A stretch of DNA of 62,890 nucleotides, counting the filler, from Octopus bimaculoides (taxonomy: Eukaryota), in assembly GCF_001194135.2 (NCBI RefSeq). It is 7 parts of 7 records of this genome, joined end to end, with 100 filler letters (N's around TTAATTAATTAA, not from the genome) between each part and the next. Parts side by side here need not be neighbours in the genome. Positions count along the whole stretch, not along the records: positions 1 to 8,184 come from NC_069009.1; positions 8,285 to 27,674 come from NC_068987.1; 5 more parts are not named here. One strand, given 5' to 3'. Within the stretch, counting starts at the first letter, position 1. Every line of letters starts with the position of its first letter. Below the pieces are notes generated by a model. The model did not search any database, was not told the DNA's origin, and saw nothing but the letters and a program-made list of their open reading frames with translations. This document shows, in pieces, positions 1 through 12,962 of the stretch. Position numbers and translations under genes: made by a program.

Positions 1-410
1 AATTTTATAACGTGCTTTCACTTCACTACCGAGCGCAGCTCTGTGCGCCTTGGGTATGTGCTGTGGTTTGCTGTGGTGCTCTTATGTTTACTGTATTGAA
101 AGTGTTTTGCGTAGGATGTGTGCAGTACCCAGTAGTGCAATTTTCTGTATGTTATATATATTTGTAAGTCCTGGTATTTTTGTTATGTATTTGTCTGAAT
201 ATGTTTTTATTATACCTAAGGCACCTACTATGATAGGAATTGTTTCTGTTTTTAGATTCCACATTCGAGTTACCTCTATTTCCAGGTCTTTGTATTTTGA
301 AAGTTTTTCCATTTCTTTTAGGGAAACGTTGTCATCTGCTGGTATTGATACATCAATTAGAAAGCATTTTGTCTTCATGATCTTTCACATTATTATTTAT
401 ATAAATTATT
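1..410 (-). mobile_element. 3' end of R4/Dong-like RLE non-LTR retrotransposon (restriction-like endonuclease plus 3' UTR), 5'-truncated
   Basis: ORF 88-378 reads FLIDVSIP..KEMEKLSKYKDLEIEVTRMW..IPIIVGALG..GTAHILRK, the RLE tail typical of the R4 clade. Its 3' UTR (1-87) is the reverse complement of 39146-39232. Confidence 0.88.
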
Positions 411-413
411 TAA

Positions 414-850
414 GGTGACGAGCTGGCAGAATCGTTAGCATGCTGGATGAAATTTTTAGCGGTATTTTGCCCGTCGCTACGTTCTGAGTTCAAATTCTGC
501 CAAGGTTGACTTTACCTTTAATCCTTGCGGGGTTGATAAAATAAGTACAAGTTGAGTGCCGACGTCGATGTAATCGACTTAACCCTGTCCAAAAAATTTC
601 AGACCCTGTTCCTGTAGCAGAAAAGATTATTATTTATATTTTTTGAATGGCGGCGTCCTGGCAGAATCGTCAGCACGCCGGACAGAATGTTTAGCGGCAT
701 TTCGTCCGTCCTTTTATCCTGAGTTCAAATTCCGTCGAGGTCGGCCTCGCCTTTCATCCCTTCAGTGTCGTTGGAATAGGTACCAATTGAGTACTAGGGT
801 CGATGTAACCGACTTTCCCCGTCCCTATATTTCAGCCTATATTAAAAAGA
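414..850 (+). mobile_element. Two tandem copies of tRNA-derived SINE family A (414-635 and 649-850)
   Basis: A-box-like TGGCAGAATCGTTAG and B-box GAGTTCAAATTC; homologous to 55610-55840 and to several minus-strand copies. Confidence 0.8.
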
Positions 851-1009
851 ATTATTTATATTTGTTGAATCTGCTTGTAAGGGAAACAACTCGCGGATGC
901 TTTCCTGAGTTATTGCCTCTATCTCAAAATATACCTTCAATAGATTTCTCTGTAGTTATGAATCTCTTTGATCATGTGTTGTTTGTGCATCACGTGATAG
1001 AATGACGTC

Positions 1010-1783
1010 ACCACAGAATATCTTTTCAGCTGTACCAGAGTGAAGGATATCACACACATCAGAAGCAGCTTCCCCCAAATATCTGCGAGATGCTACCTTC
1101 CTCTGAGACATGATATATTTGCAAAGTCTATTTACAATGCTATCCCTAGGAAGGATTGCTCTGACATATACATCAAAAACATATCACAACCAACATTGGA
1201 ACATCCAAATAAAGATATCAATTCCGTGCAAACATAACAGAGCCGATATTGTTCTGTGGCACAGGGAACAATAGACATGCGCTCTTGTAGAGCTCAACTG
1301 CTCAGGAGATGAGAATTTGCAATCACAATTCTAAGAAATAACAAATATTTATGGTGAGATAATGTAAAACTTACAGCCCTTGTACCCTGACAATGAATTC
1401 TCATTTTGTCCCTAATATCATAAGTCCATTAGGTTATGTACCGAGACAAATTTTCAAAGAACCTAGCAGCACTTGGTTTCATGGAAAAATCATAAGAGAC
1501 TGATGCGGATGACAGTCTTTAGGTGAATAGATACATACATTTGCGTGTGTGCATCGACAGTTCAACCAACACACGAACTGAACCACATATTCAAAAACAC
1601 CGTGAAATCCCTTACCTCAAAATGTGTTTGATAGTAAGCGGCTTGAACACTCTGAACACGAGCCTAAGTTAGAATAAAGGAAAAAAAATCATCCAACCAT
1701 CCATACGTACATACATACATAAATATGTCTGTAAATACATACATACATACATACATACATACATACATACATACATACATACA
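1010..1783 (+). mobile_element. Degenerate R4-clade RLE LINE 3' portion ending in (TACA)n
   Basis: KDITHI..RCYLPLRHD (CCHC/RH region, like 34800-35000), then HNRADIVLW..LVELNC with stops and frameshifts. The 3' UTR runs into (TACA)n at about 1705-1783. Confidence 0.7.
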
Positions 1784-2465
1784 TGGCGAGGAATCCTGAT
1801 ACGTTGGCACGGAAAACTATTCATCCTCCCGGATAATGATGCAATCTGATATAACTATTGCCTTTAGAAAAGCCTGATAAAAAGAATTGTTCTATATAAA
1901 GCAAACTTCTTTGGAAAGATCGTCGCAGAATCAAACACTGAAATACATTCCTCGCAGAAATTACTCTACGTAACCATGACGACGTAAAAGCCGGTCATCG
2001 TTATCGGAGATGAAGGAACTCTCGAGAAAAATTGTTATATGGAATCTGTAACTGAATCAACACCTATACCAGTTCCACAAACGATTTAGTGAAGATGCTT
2101 CAAACAGATACATGAAGAGACTTGCAGCTAGGACCATTTCAAGATACCTATGGCAAAATTGACTGAGTACCTGGCGAGTAACAATGGCAATTCATGATGT
2201 GCGATGCCCAGGAAATGTTAACGTGAATTCTGTAAATCCAATCTATTTACATCTCTGTGATGATTCGTTAGACATTTCAGATCAATCTGAGATTCTTTAG
2301 ATTGATAAATGCTCGCATTTCGGTGTGAGCATCGACAGCTCAGCCAACAAGCCAACTCATCCACATACTTATAAAATAAAACGGGGATTCTCCTTAAAAG
2401 AACTTAAAGAATCATGAAAAACAAACGTACGTGCATATTACAGTTACCTCTCTCTCTTTCTTTCT

Positions 2466-2809
2466 TTCTCTTTCTGCCACTTCAGTATATACTCTTTTAC
2501 TCTTTTACTTGTTTCAGTCATTTGACTGCGGCCATGCTGGAGCACCGCCTTTAGTCGAGAAAATCGACCCCAGGACTTATTCTTTGTAAGCTTAGTACTT
2601 ATTCTATCGATCTCTTTTTGCCGAACCGCTGAGTTACGGGGACGTAAACACACCAGCATCGCTTGTCAAGTGATGTTNNNNNNNNNNNNNNNNNNNNNNN
2701 NNNNNNNNNNNNNNNNNNNNNNNNNNNNNNNNNNNNNNNNNNNNNNNNNNNNNNNNNNNNNNNNNNNNNNNNNNNNNNNNNNNNNNNNNNNNNNNNNNNN
2801 NNNNNNNNN

Positions 2810-2857
<48 letters not shown>

Positions 2858-3062
2858 CATACACATATACGACGGGCTACTTCCAGTTTCCGCCTACGAA
2901 ATCCACTCACAAGGCTTTGGTGGGCCCGAGGCTATAGTAGAAGACACTTGCCCAAGGTGCCACGCAGTGGGACTGAACCCGGAACCATGTGGTTGGTTAG
3001 CAAGCTACTTACCACACAGCCACTCCATGTGGTTGGTAAGCAAGCTACTCACCACAGCCACT
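2466..3062 (-). mobile_element. CORE-type SINE family B (tRNA head, CORE-like segment, internal (TG)n, LINE-like tail)
   Basis: Head contains CACCTTGGGCAAGTGTCTT, resembling the MIR/CORE motif; tail ends in GAGTAAAA repeats; the 5' ~42 bp is duplicated at about 2985-3060. Confidence 0.85.
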
Positions 3063-3079
3063 TTTCTTATTTTGACACA

Positions 3080-3270
3080 GGGGGTTAAGCAGTTTTCAGG
3101 GGTGGATTAATCGATTACACAGACCTCAGTTCTCAATTTTTGTTATTTCATTGATTCTGAACGAAGAAAAGACACACTCGGCCTCGAAGAAATATTAACT
3201 CAGAACGCTACGAAGAAGGAAATGTCGTTAAGCATTTTCTCCGACGTTCAAAAGATTATGACACCTCGTT
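3080..3270 (-). mobile_element. Degenerate SINE family A copy
   Basis: Diverged match to AACTCAGAACG...AAGCATTTT of family A. Confidence 0.55.
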
Positions 3271-4374
3271 GGTTTCATGCTGTGACTCCGCCCCTATTAC
3301 TATCTCTAAGGGAGGCTACTTACAAATACTTAAGATCAACTTAAGAGGGTCTTATGTCTGCTACAGATGTAGATCAAACTCAGTAATTTATTGTTAACTA
3401 TTTTATTGGACCTGAAATTGTGAAAGGCAAAGTTGACTTGAAACCAAAATTTGACTCAGATCTTTAAGACATAAGAAATGTTGCTTTGCATTTTCTACAA
3501 TGGGCTACAAATATTGCCACGTCATTATACCTTATAACACGGCCTTTCAATGAACATCTAAGGGAGGCAACTTTACAATACTTCGATTATATATCTACAG
3601 TTAACTCACTATGGTCTAACGTATTGTTAGAAATAACAGTCTGGTACCCTGTAATTTGATTTTACATTTTTCATAGAGAATTGAAGGGTAGTTGACGAAG
3701 CATCTGTAAAATATTGCCCTATAAGCAATCTCACATGATGCTAGAAATAACGGACAAGTTCATTCAAATTCGTATCGTTTTTTATACAAAAAGAGGATTA
3801 TTTCAGATCAGACACATTTGTTGAAATTCAAGTGGTTTCCGACTGTGTCAGTTGCTCTTATATATATATATATATNNNNNNNNNNNNNNNNNNNNNNNNN
3901 NNNNNNNNNNNNNNNNNNNNNNNNNNNNNNNNNNNNNNNNNNNNNNNNNNNNNNNNNNNNNNNNNNNNNNNNNNNNNNNNNNNNNNNNNNNNNNNNNNNN
4001 NNNNNNNNNNNNNNNNNNNNNNNNNNNNNNNNNNNNNNNNNNNNNNNNNNNNNNNNNNNNNNNNNNNNNNNNNNNNNNNNNNNNNNNNNNNNNNNNNNNN
4101 NNNNNNNNNNNNNNNNNNNNNNNNNNNNNNNNNNNNNNNNNNNNNNNNNNNNNNNNNNNNNNNNNNNNNNNNNNNNNNNNNNNNNNNNNNNNNNNNNNNN
4201 NNNNNNNNNNNNNNNNNNNNNNNNNNNNNNNNNNNNNNNNNNNNNNNNNNNNNNNNNNNNNNNNNNNNNNNNNNNNNNNNNNNNNNNNNNNNNNNNNNNN
4301 NNNNNNNNNNNNNNNNNNNNNNNNNNNNNNNNNNNNNNNNNNNNNNNNNNNNNNNNNNNNNNNNNNNNNNNNNN

Positions 4375-4411
<37 letters not shown>

Positions 4412-4951
4412 GAGAGAGAGAAAGAGAGTGATATAGAGAGAGAGAGCGCGAGAGAGATGTCCAAGAGCTAGAAGCTTGAATTTGAGCTAGTTGTACTCCC
4501 ACTATTTACTTAATCGCGAATAACATCAGGCCGTTGGGTTCTCACTCGTGTAAGTATAGTTCTCTCATGTTGTGCTTTATGTATGATTGTAGTGTGGTTA
4601 TGTATGTTTGTAGCGATTCGGAGTTCATTCGCCGCCGAAGTGTATGTATAATACTTTTTCATGTATTATGTATTGCTCTGCTTGATTACTGCTACGGTTT
4701 TTCCAAATAAGATTAAGCAAAAATTATAAGAGATAGCATTAATTATCCAGGAGAATGAATAGTCCTCCACCCGAGGACTATTTTTCGTCGTCATGTATGT
4801 ATGTATGTATGTGTGTATGTATGTATGTATGTATACTTATGTTTCGTAGGAAATGAAAAAAAGACAGAAATGAAAAAAGAAGAAATGAAAGATAGAAAAC
4901 ATGACAAGCGGAGCAATACAGAAATAAGCTGAGAGAGAGTGAGAGAGATAG

Positions 4952-5011
<60 letters not shown>

Positions 5012-6261
5012 AGACAGAGTGTGAGAGTGTGTGTGCGTGTGCGTATGCGGATACTAAATCATATTAAAGTGTGTATTTACGTATGTAGATGCGTGCTCGT
5101 ATATATATATATATACAGAGAGAGAGAGGNNNNNNNNNNNNNNNNNNNNNNNNNNNNNNNNNNNNNNNNNNNNNNNNNNNNNNNNNNNNNNNNNNNNNNN
5201 NNNNNNNNNNNNNNNNNNNNNNNNNNNNNNNNNNNNNNNNNNNNNNNNNNNNNNNNNNNNNNNNNNNNNNNNNNNNNNNNNNNNNNNNNNNNNNNNNNNN
5301 NNNNNNNNNNNNNNNNNNNNNNNNNNNNNNNNNNNNNNNNNNNNNNNNNNNNNNNNNNNNNNNNNNNNNNNNNNNNNNNNNNNNNNNNNNNNNNNNNNNN
5401 NNNNNNNNNNNNNNNNNNNNNNNNNNNNNNNNNNNNNNNNNNNNNNNNNNNNNNNNNNNNNNNNNNNNNNNNNNNNNNNNNNNNNNNNNNNNNNNNNNNN
5501 NNNNNNNNNNNNNNNNNNNNNNNNNNNNNNNNNNNNNNNNNNNNNNNNNNNNNNNNNNNNNNNNNNNNNNNNNNNNNNNNNNNNNNNNNNNNNNNNNNNN
5601 NNNNNNNNNNNNNNNNNNNNNNNNNNNNNNNNNNNNNNNNNNNNNNNNNNNNNNNNNNNNNNNNNNNNNNNNNNNNNNNNNNNNNNNNNNTATATATATA
5701 TATATATATATATGTCGCTGGGTTCACCACTTCTTTCCCCTTTGTTATCTCCCCTTTCTCTTAGCTCTCCTGTGTGAACCTTCTGTCCGGCATTCGCCAT
5801 GATAGATCGCTGACCACTACATTTATATTTTTCTCCTTGTTTCTCTCCTTATTTCTTTCTGTGTTCCTTTCTCTATTCCCGATGTGTTCCTATTCTCTAT
5901 CCCCACCTGTCTTCGTCTGTTGTTTTTTTCGTAAATTCTCCCATATATACATATATATACACATATGCGCTTTTATGTCGCCGTGTGTGTTTGTGTCAAC
6001 GTGTAAGTGCTTCTATGTATATCCGTGTATATGTGTCCATACTTATAATATATATGGTATGTGTGCGATCATCTTAGAATTTGGATGTAACTGTTTCCAT
6101 GTTAGTATGTGTATTTGTGTCTGTCGATTCGTGCGTAGTTTTGAGGTTTTTGTCGGGGAAACGGATGAATGAATGAAAAACACATAGGCCTTCTTTCCGA
6201 ATATTATCTTTCTGCTACTGACGCCATAAAAGTCTTTGACTGATTAATTACCATTCAACGG

Positions 6262-6589
6262 CGGGGGTTCTCAACAATTTTTGTCTATGGACCCCATTGA
6301 GTGCTATTTTATTTTGGTGGACCCCATAAACATTCGATGTTTAAGAACTAGTTTTATAGGAACTCCTTCCAAGATACTACTTTTCTTTTTGCATATGAAC
6401 TTGTGTAGGTTGATCTATGTAAAACGTCAGAGAAATAAACCTGGCTCTTTCTTGCAATATGTACAAATGCAAGCATCTAAGGAAATTTTTTTGTTACTTA
6501 ACTTTAAAATGTTATTATTTTGTTGCGTGGATCCCCAAACATCTTCTATGGATTCTCAGGGGCCATGTGAACACGACTGAAAACCCCCG
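6262..6589. mobile_element. hAT (Charlie-like) MITE
   Basis: Termini CGGGGGTTCTCAAC and ACTGAAAACCCCCG; degenerate 8-bp TSD TTCAACGG/TTCTACCG; internally similar to 45819-46114. Confidence 0.7.
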
Positions 6590-7147
6590 TTCTACCGGCT
6601 ATACTTTGGTCTATAAGATTAATTCCTACAGAAGTTTTGTTAACTTTAATTTGGCTTTCTTCTAAACCTTTTTATTAAGATTTATTGTCTTAAAACTACA
6701 AGTAGATATCAAGTGAAAATAGTAAGTTATTGGTCTATTTACATATCAAGACATATCCAAATGAACTCATCCCAAAACGTTCCCTTGGTCGATGCTGCCT
6801 TCAAATCATGAAATCTGAGGAAACAAATGGAGTATAGGATTATTACACATTTCCATATATGTTATGTCTTTTATTACGTAAGATTCTTTGTGATATGTGA
6901 TGAAAATAGTATCATTTTACAGAAACATTTGAAATGGAAAATTGCCTTCTCCTTTTCTCAGTTAAATTGTTACATTTATTTATTCATCCAGCGAGGCTTA
7001 TATTTAACCATACCATAGCGTTGTGTGGTGCTCCAATTTATATCAATCCAAGTCGTACGGATACTGTTTTGATTTTGGAATAATACGCTATCCAAGACCT
7101 GGCATTATGCGCTAATGAGGTGACAATGAGGTTTATAATTTTCCCCT

Positions 7148-7151
7148 TGAA

Positions 7152-7217
<66 letters not shown>

Positions 7218-7384
7218 AAAATCAAAATAAGCAACACGGATTTTACTGCAGTCATCTTTAAAATCCGTGTTGCTTGTTTTGATTTTTTGATCACCTTGCT
7301 TTTAGAATGGTTTTTGGATAATAACATACTGTATTCTGGTGCCTAAACATAAGTACCATATCCAATTTTGAATCTAAACCTAAA

Positions 7385-7427
<43 letters not shown>
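7148..7427. repeat. (TATC)n tracts enclosing a 170-bp segment with a 29-bp inverted repeat
   Basis: (TATC)n at 7148-7216 and 7386-7427; inverted-repeat arms 7217-7245 and 7259-7287 with one mismatch. Confidence 0.85.
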
Positions 7428-7547
7428 NNNNNNNNNNNNNNNNNNNNNNNNNNNNNNNNNNNNNNNNNNNNNNNNNNNNNNNNNNNNNNNNNNNNNNNNN
7501 NNNNNNNNNNNNNNNNNNNNNNNNNNNAGCGGATAGAGATAGTGTAG

Positions 7548-8184
7548 GATGTCCACAATTAAAAATAGTCAGCTACAAGGATCACAAGTTTGTGACGTGT
7601 ACGCTCGACTTAGATAAGTCACATAGGCAGGGTCCCGGTTACTGGAAACTAAACGCTTCGCTCTTAGCGCGGCAGGTTTACAGGAACCGGATTAGCGAAT
7701 TAATTAAGAGGGCGTTAACAACCGCTGGTGGTTTGCCCTGAAAATGGCAATTAAATCGGGATCTATTAGGTTTAGTAAAGAACTAGCGATAGATCGAAAT
7801 AGAGTAGAGGGAGACTTAGTTAAGAAACTAGAAGAGGCACTTACAACTGGCAGCGCAACCAACGTTTTGCCTGGGAGGATGGCCCTCGACCAACACCTCA
7901 ACGCCAAACACGAAGGTTGCGTCGTCAGAGCTAAAATGCGTGCCTTAAGGAACGAAGGGATCGAAGCTGCGCGAGAAGCCCGGGTGGCGAAGGCGCAACG
8001 CGGTAACAGAGCCACCATTCGGTCTCTAATCGATGAACAGGGATGTAGTTTGCTCGAACCCGAAAGGATGTGTGGAGCCTTTCAACAGCACTTTGCTCGA
8101 CTGTTCGGTGCGAGCGGTGTGTCGGAACGCAGGATGGACTTCAGTGCCCTACCGGACCGGCCTGCCGCGGCTATCGGCGGGAGA
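7548..8184 (+). mobile_element. Tx1/L1-clade LINE ORF2 fragment (APE endonuclease C-terminus plus linker), frameshifted
   Basis: KDHKFVTCTLDL..GPGYWKLNASLL (DH and WKLN motifs), frameshift near 7718 into RWWFALKMAIK..GCVVRAK; bounded by N-gaps. Confidence 0.8.
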
Positions 8185-8334
8185 NNNNNNNNNNNNNNNN
8201 NNNNNNNNNNNNNNNNNNNNNNNNNNNNTTAATTAATTAANNNNNNNNNNNNNNNNNNNNNNNNNNNNNNNNNNNNNNNNNNNNTTTTTTTTTTTTTTTT
8301 GCTTTGCTTTTATTACTTTACTTCTTTTTTGTTT

Positions 8335-9600
8335 TACTTTATTAATTGTTCAAATGTTCATCCGTCATCGTCCCATTGAAAATGATATCGTCCAGATTTG
8401 CGGGACGCAGCTTTATTCCGGATAGATTTTAATCAATAAAACATTGAAATATAGCAGGCGTTTTGGCATTTTAGAATGGCGTCAATTGTACTTACTTGTA
8501 AAGAGACAAAAGCGTATTTATCTCAGTGTTTTTGTTTTTATTTTTCTGCTTAATCGATCTTTAAATATGCGTCTTTTAAACTAATCACTTTGAAGTTTTT
8601 TTGTTTTTCTTTCACACCCTCCACTTTATATATGTATGTATATATATATACCTTAAACGTATTTACCACGATTTTAATATTCAAATTATTGAACAATATT
8701 AATAATATTATTGAGCATATAATATTACTGCGACGTATTAAATGNNNNNNNNNNNNNNNNNNNNNNNNNNNNNNNNNNNNNNNNNNNNNNNNNNNNNNNN
8801 NNNNNNNNNNNNNNNNNNNNNNNNNNNNNNNNNNNNNNNNNNNNNNNNNNNNNNNNNNNNNNNNNNNNNNNNNNNNNNNNNNNNNNNNNNNNNNNNNNNN
8901 NNNNNNNNNNNNNNNNNNNNNNNNNNNNNNNNNNNNNNNNNNNNNNNNNNNNNNNNNNNNNNNNNNNNNNNNNNNNNNNNNNNNNNNNNNNNNNNNNNNN
9001 NNNNNNNNNNNNNNNNNNNNNNNNNNNNNNNNNNNNNNNNNNNNNNNNNNNNNNNNNNNNNNNNNNNNNNNNNNNNNNNNNNNNNNNNNNNNNNNNNNNN
9101 NNNNNNNNNNNNNNNNNNNNNNNNNNNNNNNNNNNNNNNNNNNNNNNNNNNNNCCACGATTTTAATATTCAAATTATTGAACAATATTAATAATATTATT
9201 GAGCATATAATATTACTGCGACGTATTAAATGCTTTTAACCATTTAATTTCGAATAAATATCAACCCATTTCAGAATCGATATTATAGCTTCTAAATTGT
9301 GGCGTTTATATTTCCAATTTTAATATTTAATCGGCATTTTCCTTGAATTGGAATTTTTTATTACAATAAGCTTTTAATTTTATCGATACAGGTTTTAATG
9401 GTGGATATCCGATAATTTTATATGTTTAAATCAAAGTTTTAGTTGTGCCGGTATCTAATTCAAATATAATCAATTTATTATTGATTTTTGCTAAAATATA
9501 ATCTATTTCCGATGTCTTCATACAAACTTTTAATGTATACCGAATTAGCTTCAATATTTAATATATTTGATTGTCGTTTTTATAAATGGCTTGACGATTT
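8335..9600 (-). mobile_element. Degenerate Ty3/Gypsy pol relic (aspartic protease plus RT), split by a gap
   Basis: INNKLIIFELDTG..YKIIGYPPLKP..LKAY (LDTG at 9447-9458) and TPAIFQCFID*NLSG..NLDDIIFNG..EHLNN (LDD at 8387-8395); several stops. Confidence 0.8.
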
Positions 9601-9829
9601 TTAGCAAAGTTGAAATGCTTTGAAATACATTAAGACATTAATGCATTGTATTCTAAATTCCCCAATGATTACGGTTACTATTGATTTCATGAAAAATAGG
9701 GAGACCAACAGCAAATGTATTCGAGCCAGGCTTATAGGTTAATGGGTTGTTTTGTTGTTGTTTTTATTTTTCGTTTTTCTTTCATCTCTTTTGTTTCTTT
9801 CAATCATAGGATCGAAAAAGTTTAGTCGA

Positions 9830-10240
9830 ATAAATCGAACCCAATACTTGTTTTGTTTTTAAAGCCGTGTTACTTATTCAATCAGCTTCTTTTGCCGAAC
9901 AGTTAAGTTGCGGGAACATAAACAAACCAACATCGGTTGTCAAGCAGCGTTGGGTGACAGTCCCTAACTCAAAGACACGCACATGCATATATACATGTCT
10001 TTCTATATCTTTTTTTCTATTTCGGTTAATGGACTGCGGCCATTCTGGAGCACTGTCTTGGATGGTTAGGCAACGAAAATCGGTTCCAGTACCTATTTTT
10101 TAAGTGGTAACTTAATCAATCAGTCTCTTTTACCGAACCGCTAAGTTACGGGGGGTATAAACAAATCAACACTGGTTATCAAGCAGTGGGGGAGCATGAA
10201 GACAGACACACACACACACAGACACACACACACACACGCA
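9830..10240 (-). mobile_element. Two tandem SINE family B tail fragments
   Basis: GCCGAAC.GCTAAGTTACGG...AAAC.AAC...CGGTTGTCAAGC occurs at about 9890 and 10130, followed by (CA)n. Confidence 0.7.
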
Positions 10241-10619
10241 CACATATAATATAAGTGAGTAACAAAGAGTTACCAGTGGCAAGCCATTACGGCCGTTTCC
10301 AACGACTCCTTTAATTGATTAATGAAAACATTGCATCATTGTAAAGAAACCGTTTGCGTCAGAGGAATTCATGAGCTTCAAGCATAAAGGAAAATTTGAC
10401 TCATTTCACATAATTACAAATTCACGGAACTAAATATTTACAATGATTCTGCTACTATTCAGTTGGCAGAATGAACTTACCAGAATAGTGAATATTTGGT
10501 CAGAACAAAGAAAACAAAGGGCCTAGCAGAGCTTATAGTAGGGGAAAGAAGTAATTGACTCAAGTGACCCAGTTATGTATACTTCTAACAATAGAAGGAT
10601 CAGCTCCAATTGTCTAGAT

Positions 10620-11307
10620 CAGTGGTTCCTAAACTTTTACAGGCTACTGCCCCCTTGACATCCAGGACACGTTCCTAACGCCCCCTCCCCGACTAACTAT
10701 CACAAACATAGACCTCTTTTTGAAGCAATATAGCTTAACCTATATGAAGTGGCACTCCATCGCTTACGACGTCGTGGGTTCCAGGTGATCCGATCAACGG
10801 AACAGCCTGCTCGTGAAATTAACGTGCAAGTGGCTGAGCACTCCACAGACACGTAGTTCTCGGGGATATTCAGCGTGACACAGTGTGACAAGGCTGAACC
10901 TTTGAATTACAGGCACACAGAAACAGGAAGTAAGAGTGAGAGAAAGTTGTGGTGAAAGAGTACAGCAGGGTTCGCCACCATCCCCTGCCGAAGCCTTGTG
11001 GAGCTTTAGGTGTTTTCGTTCAATAAACACTCACAGCGTCCGGTCTGGGAATCGAAACCGCGATCCTATGACCGCGAGTCCGCTGCCTTAACCACTGGGC
11101 CATTGTGCCTTCTTAACCTATATAGCTTAACCAAATATAGCTTAACCTAATGAACCCATTATCTTGTTTTACATGAAGCGCTACCCCATTATTACTTCAC
11201 TTTTTACACGAATCCCTACTCCATTATTGCCCCACTTTTCTTCAATGCCCCCTTGCAACCTTCCACCGACCCCAGAAGGGCAATACCGTCCACTTTGAGA
11301 ACCACTG
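10620..11307. mobile_element. hAT (Charlie-like) non-autonomous element with perfect 8-bp TSD, interrupted by a SINE
   Basis: TIRs CAGTGGTTCCTAAA and TTTGAGAACCACTG; TSD GTCTAGAT at 10612-10619 and 11308-11315. Confidence 0.88.
10746..11111 (-). mobile_element. tRNA-derived SINE family C, full length with 12-bp TSD
   Basis: Head TGGCCCAGTGGTTA...GGTTTCGATTCCC; TSD CTTAACCTATAT at 10734-10745 and 11112-11123; homologous to 16365-16710. Confidence 0.88.
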
Positions 11308-11499
11308 GTCTAGATTTATATATTAAGGAAGTTGCTTGTCTCTATTGGTCAGTGGTGAGGAAAGTAATTAATGTCAGGTCAGCTTGCTAAGTTAAATTAT
11401 GTGATGGAACGAGACCTCGGCTTTATCTTCGCAAATGGACGAGGCGCAGAATAGTAATAAGGGAGTGATTGATAAGGAAGGATGATAATGAGAAGAAGG

Positions 11500-11660
11500 A
11501 GATAAAGGGCTTCCACACAGTTTTTGCCTCCCTAATTCACTCACAAGGCATTGGTCGGCCCGGTGCTACAGTAGATAACACTTGTTCAAGGTGTCGTACG
11601 GTGGGACTGAACCCAAAAGAACGTGGCCACAAAGCAAGCTTCTAACTATACAGCCATCAG
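11500..11660 (-). mobile_element. SINE family B head
   Basis: CACTCACAAGGC..TTGGTCGGCCCGG..GGGACTGAACCC matches the family B head. Confidence 0.7.
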
Positions 11661-11857
11661 CCATTCCTCAACCAAGAAATAGCAGAAATATAGAAAACAT
11701 CTTCCTTTTGTCTATTTTGACTTTGTTGTTGCGTGAGTTTTTGACAGTACAGGACTTCGATTTAACAATAACTTTGACCTGTCTTGGAGGCCTTAGAAAA
11801 AGAAGTAAGAACCGGCATTTCTTCTCATCAGACTAAACCATGAGTTTGTGTGAAAGA

Positions 11858-11929
<72 letters not shown>

Positions 11930-12128
11930 AAAAGTGAGAACCTAAACAGTGTTTATGGAAGATAAGCGTGTTGAGGACGCCTTTAACTTGAAAAAACATG
12001 TTACATCTTAAAGTATCTATTTCCGTCTCTCTCTCTCCCACTCTCTAGCTATCTATCTATTTATCTATCTTTCTGTTCTCTCTCACTCTGTCTCTCACTT
12101 TCTATTCTCTTTCTCTCTTCCTTTCTCT

Positions 12129-12169
<41 letters not shown>

Positions 12170-12962
12170 CTCTCTCTCTATTTAAGTTTGAATCTTCGTT
12201 CCTACAATCGCTAGATTAATAACTTGAAGCGTAATTCCATTTACTGCTTCTAAAACTGTTACTTCAATGATCTCTTTTCTTCAGAGCTATCTGCTCGAAT
12301 GCGACATCCATTCAATCCTTCCGCAATTCTCCTCCCTTGGTCACCCATATTGTGTCTCTACATAAATCCTTATCCCCGTTCCTTCCATCCTCCAGATGTC
12401 GGCATTCGAGAATTTACCCATTGTAAGCGCATATATTCTTCCTGTAGAAAGACGAACGAAGCCAGTCGCTGAGCAAATTGCTTGAGGTGATCATGGTTGC
12501 GTGACGGCCACGCACACACACTTGGCCACGAACTTCTCCACTGTGGCTCAAGAATTGAGACGTGCAGTCTTGTTGAGCCTGGTTGCAACGAGCTGCCGGT
12601 GACTATCCGCCGTTGTCACGCCTGCTCGCCATGCATTGATCTCTTCTGCCGGAGTCATTCCATGGCGGCTTGAGATTTCCCTCCTCTGCTTGCTTCGCTG
12701 TTGGGGGTCTAGATGTTGGTGTTTGGTTGTGTTTAGTCTGGGGCCTCATCCTCTACCTTGCCGCCATTGGTGGCCCTGCTAGGAGTCTAGGACTCCGGAC
12801 GGCATCTCAGAGTCATTGAAGTACACAAGCTTTTCCACCACGGTAAGAGACGACCATCGGAAGAGCCAGCTCCTTCGAGCAGAATGAAGCGGTAAAACGC
12901 AGGAGAAGGAAGGAGTCTTCAACATCCTCGACCCGCACCGACCATCCTATGTGAATTCTGCC

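Noticed and set aside
8665-9230. Direct duplications across gaps (also 20100-20545, 21610-22600, 27170-27300, 50030-50250)
   Set aside because: Near-identical sequence on both sides of an N-gap is most simply unmerged contig overlap.
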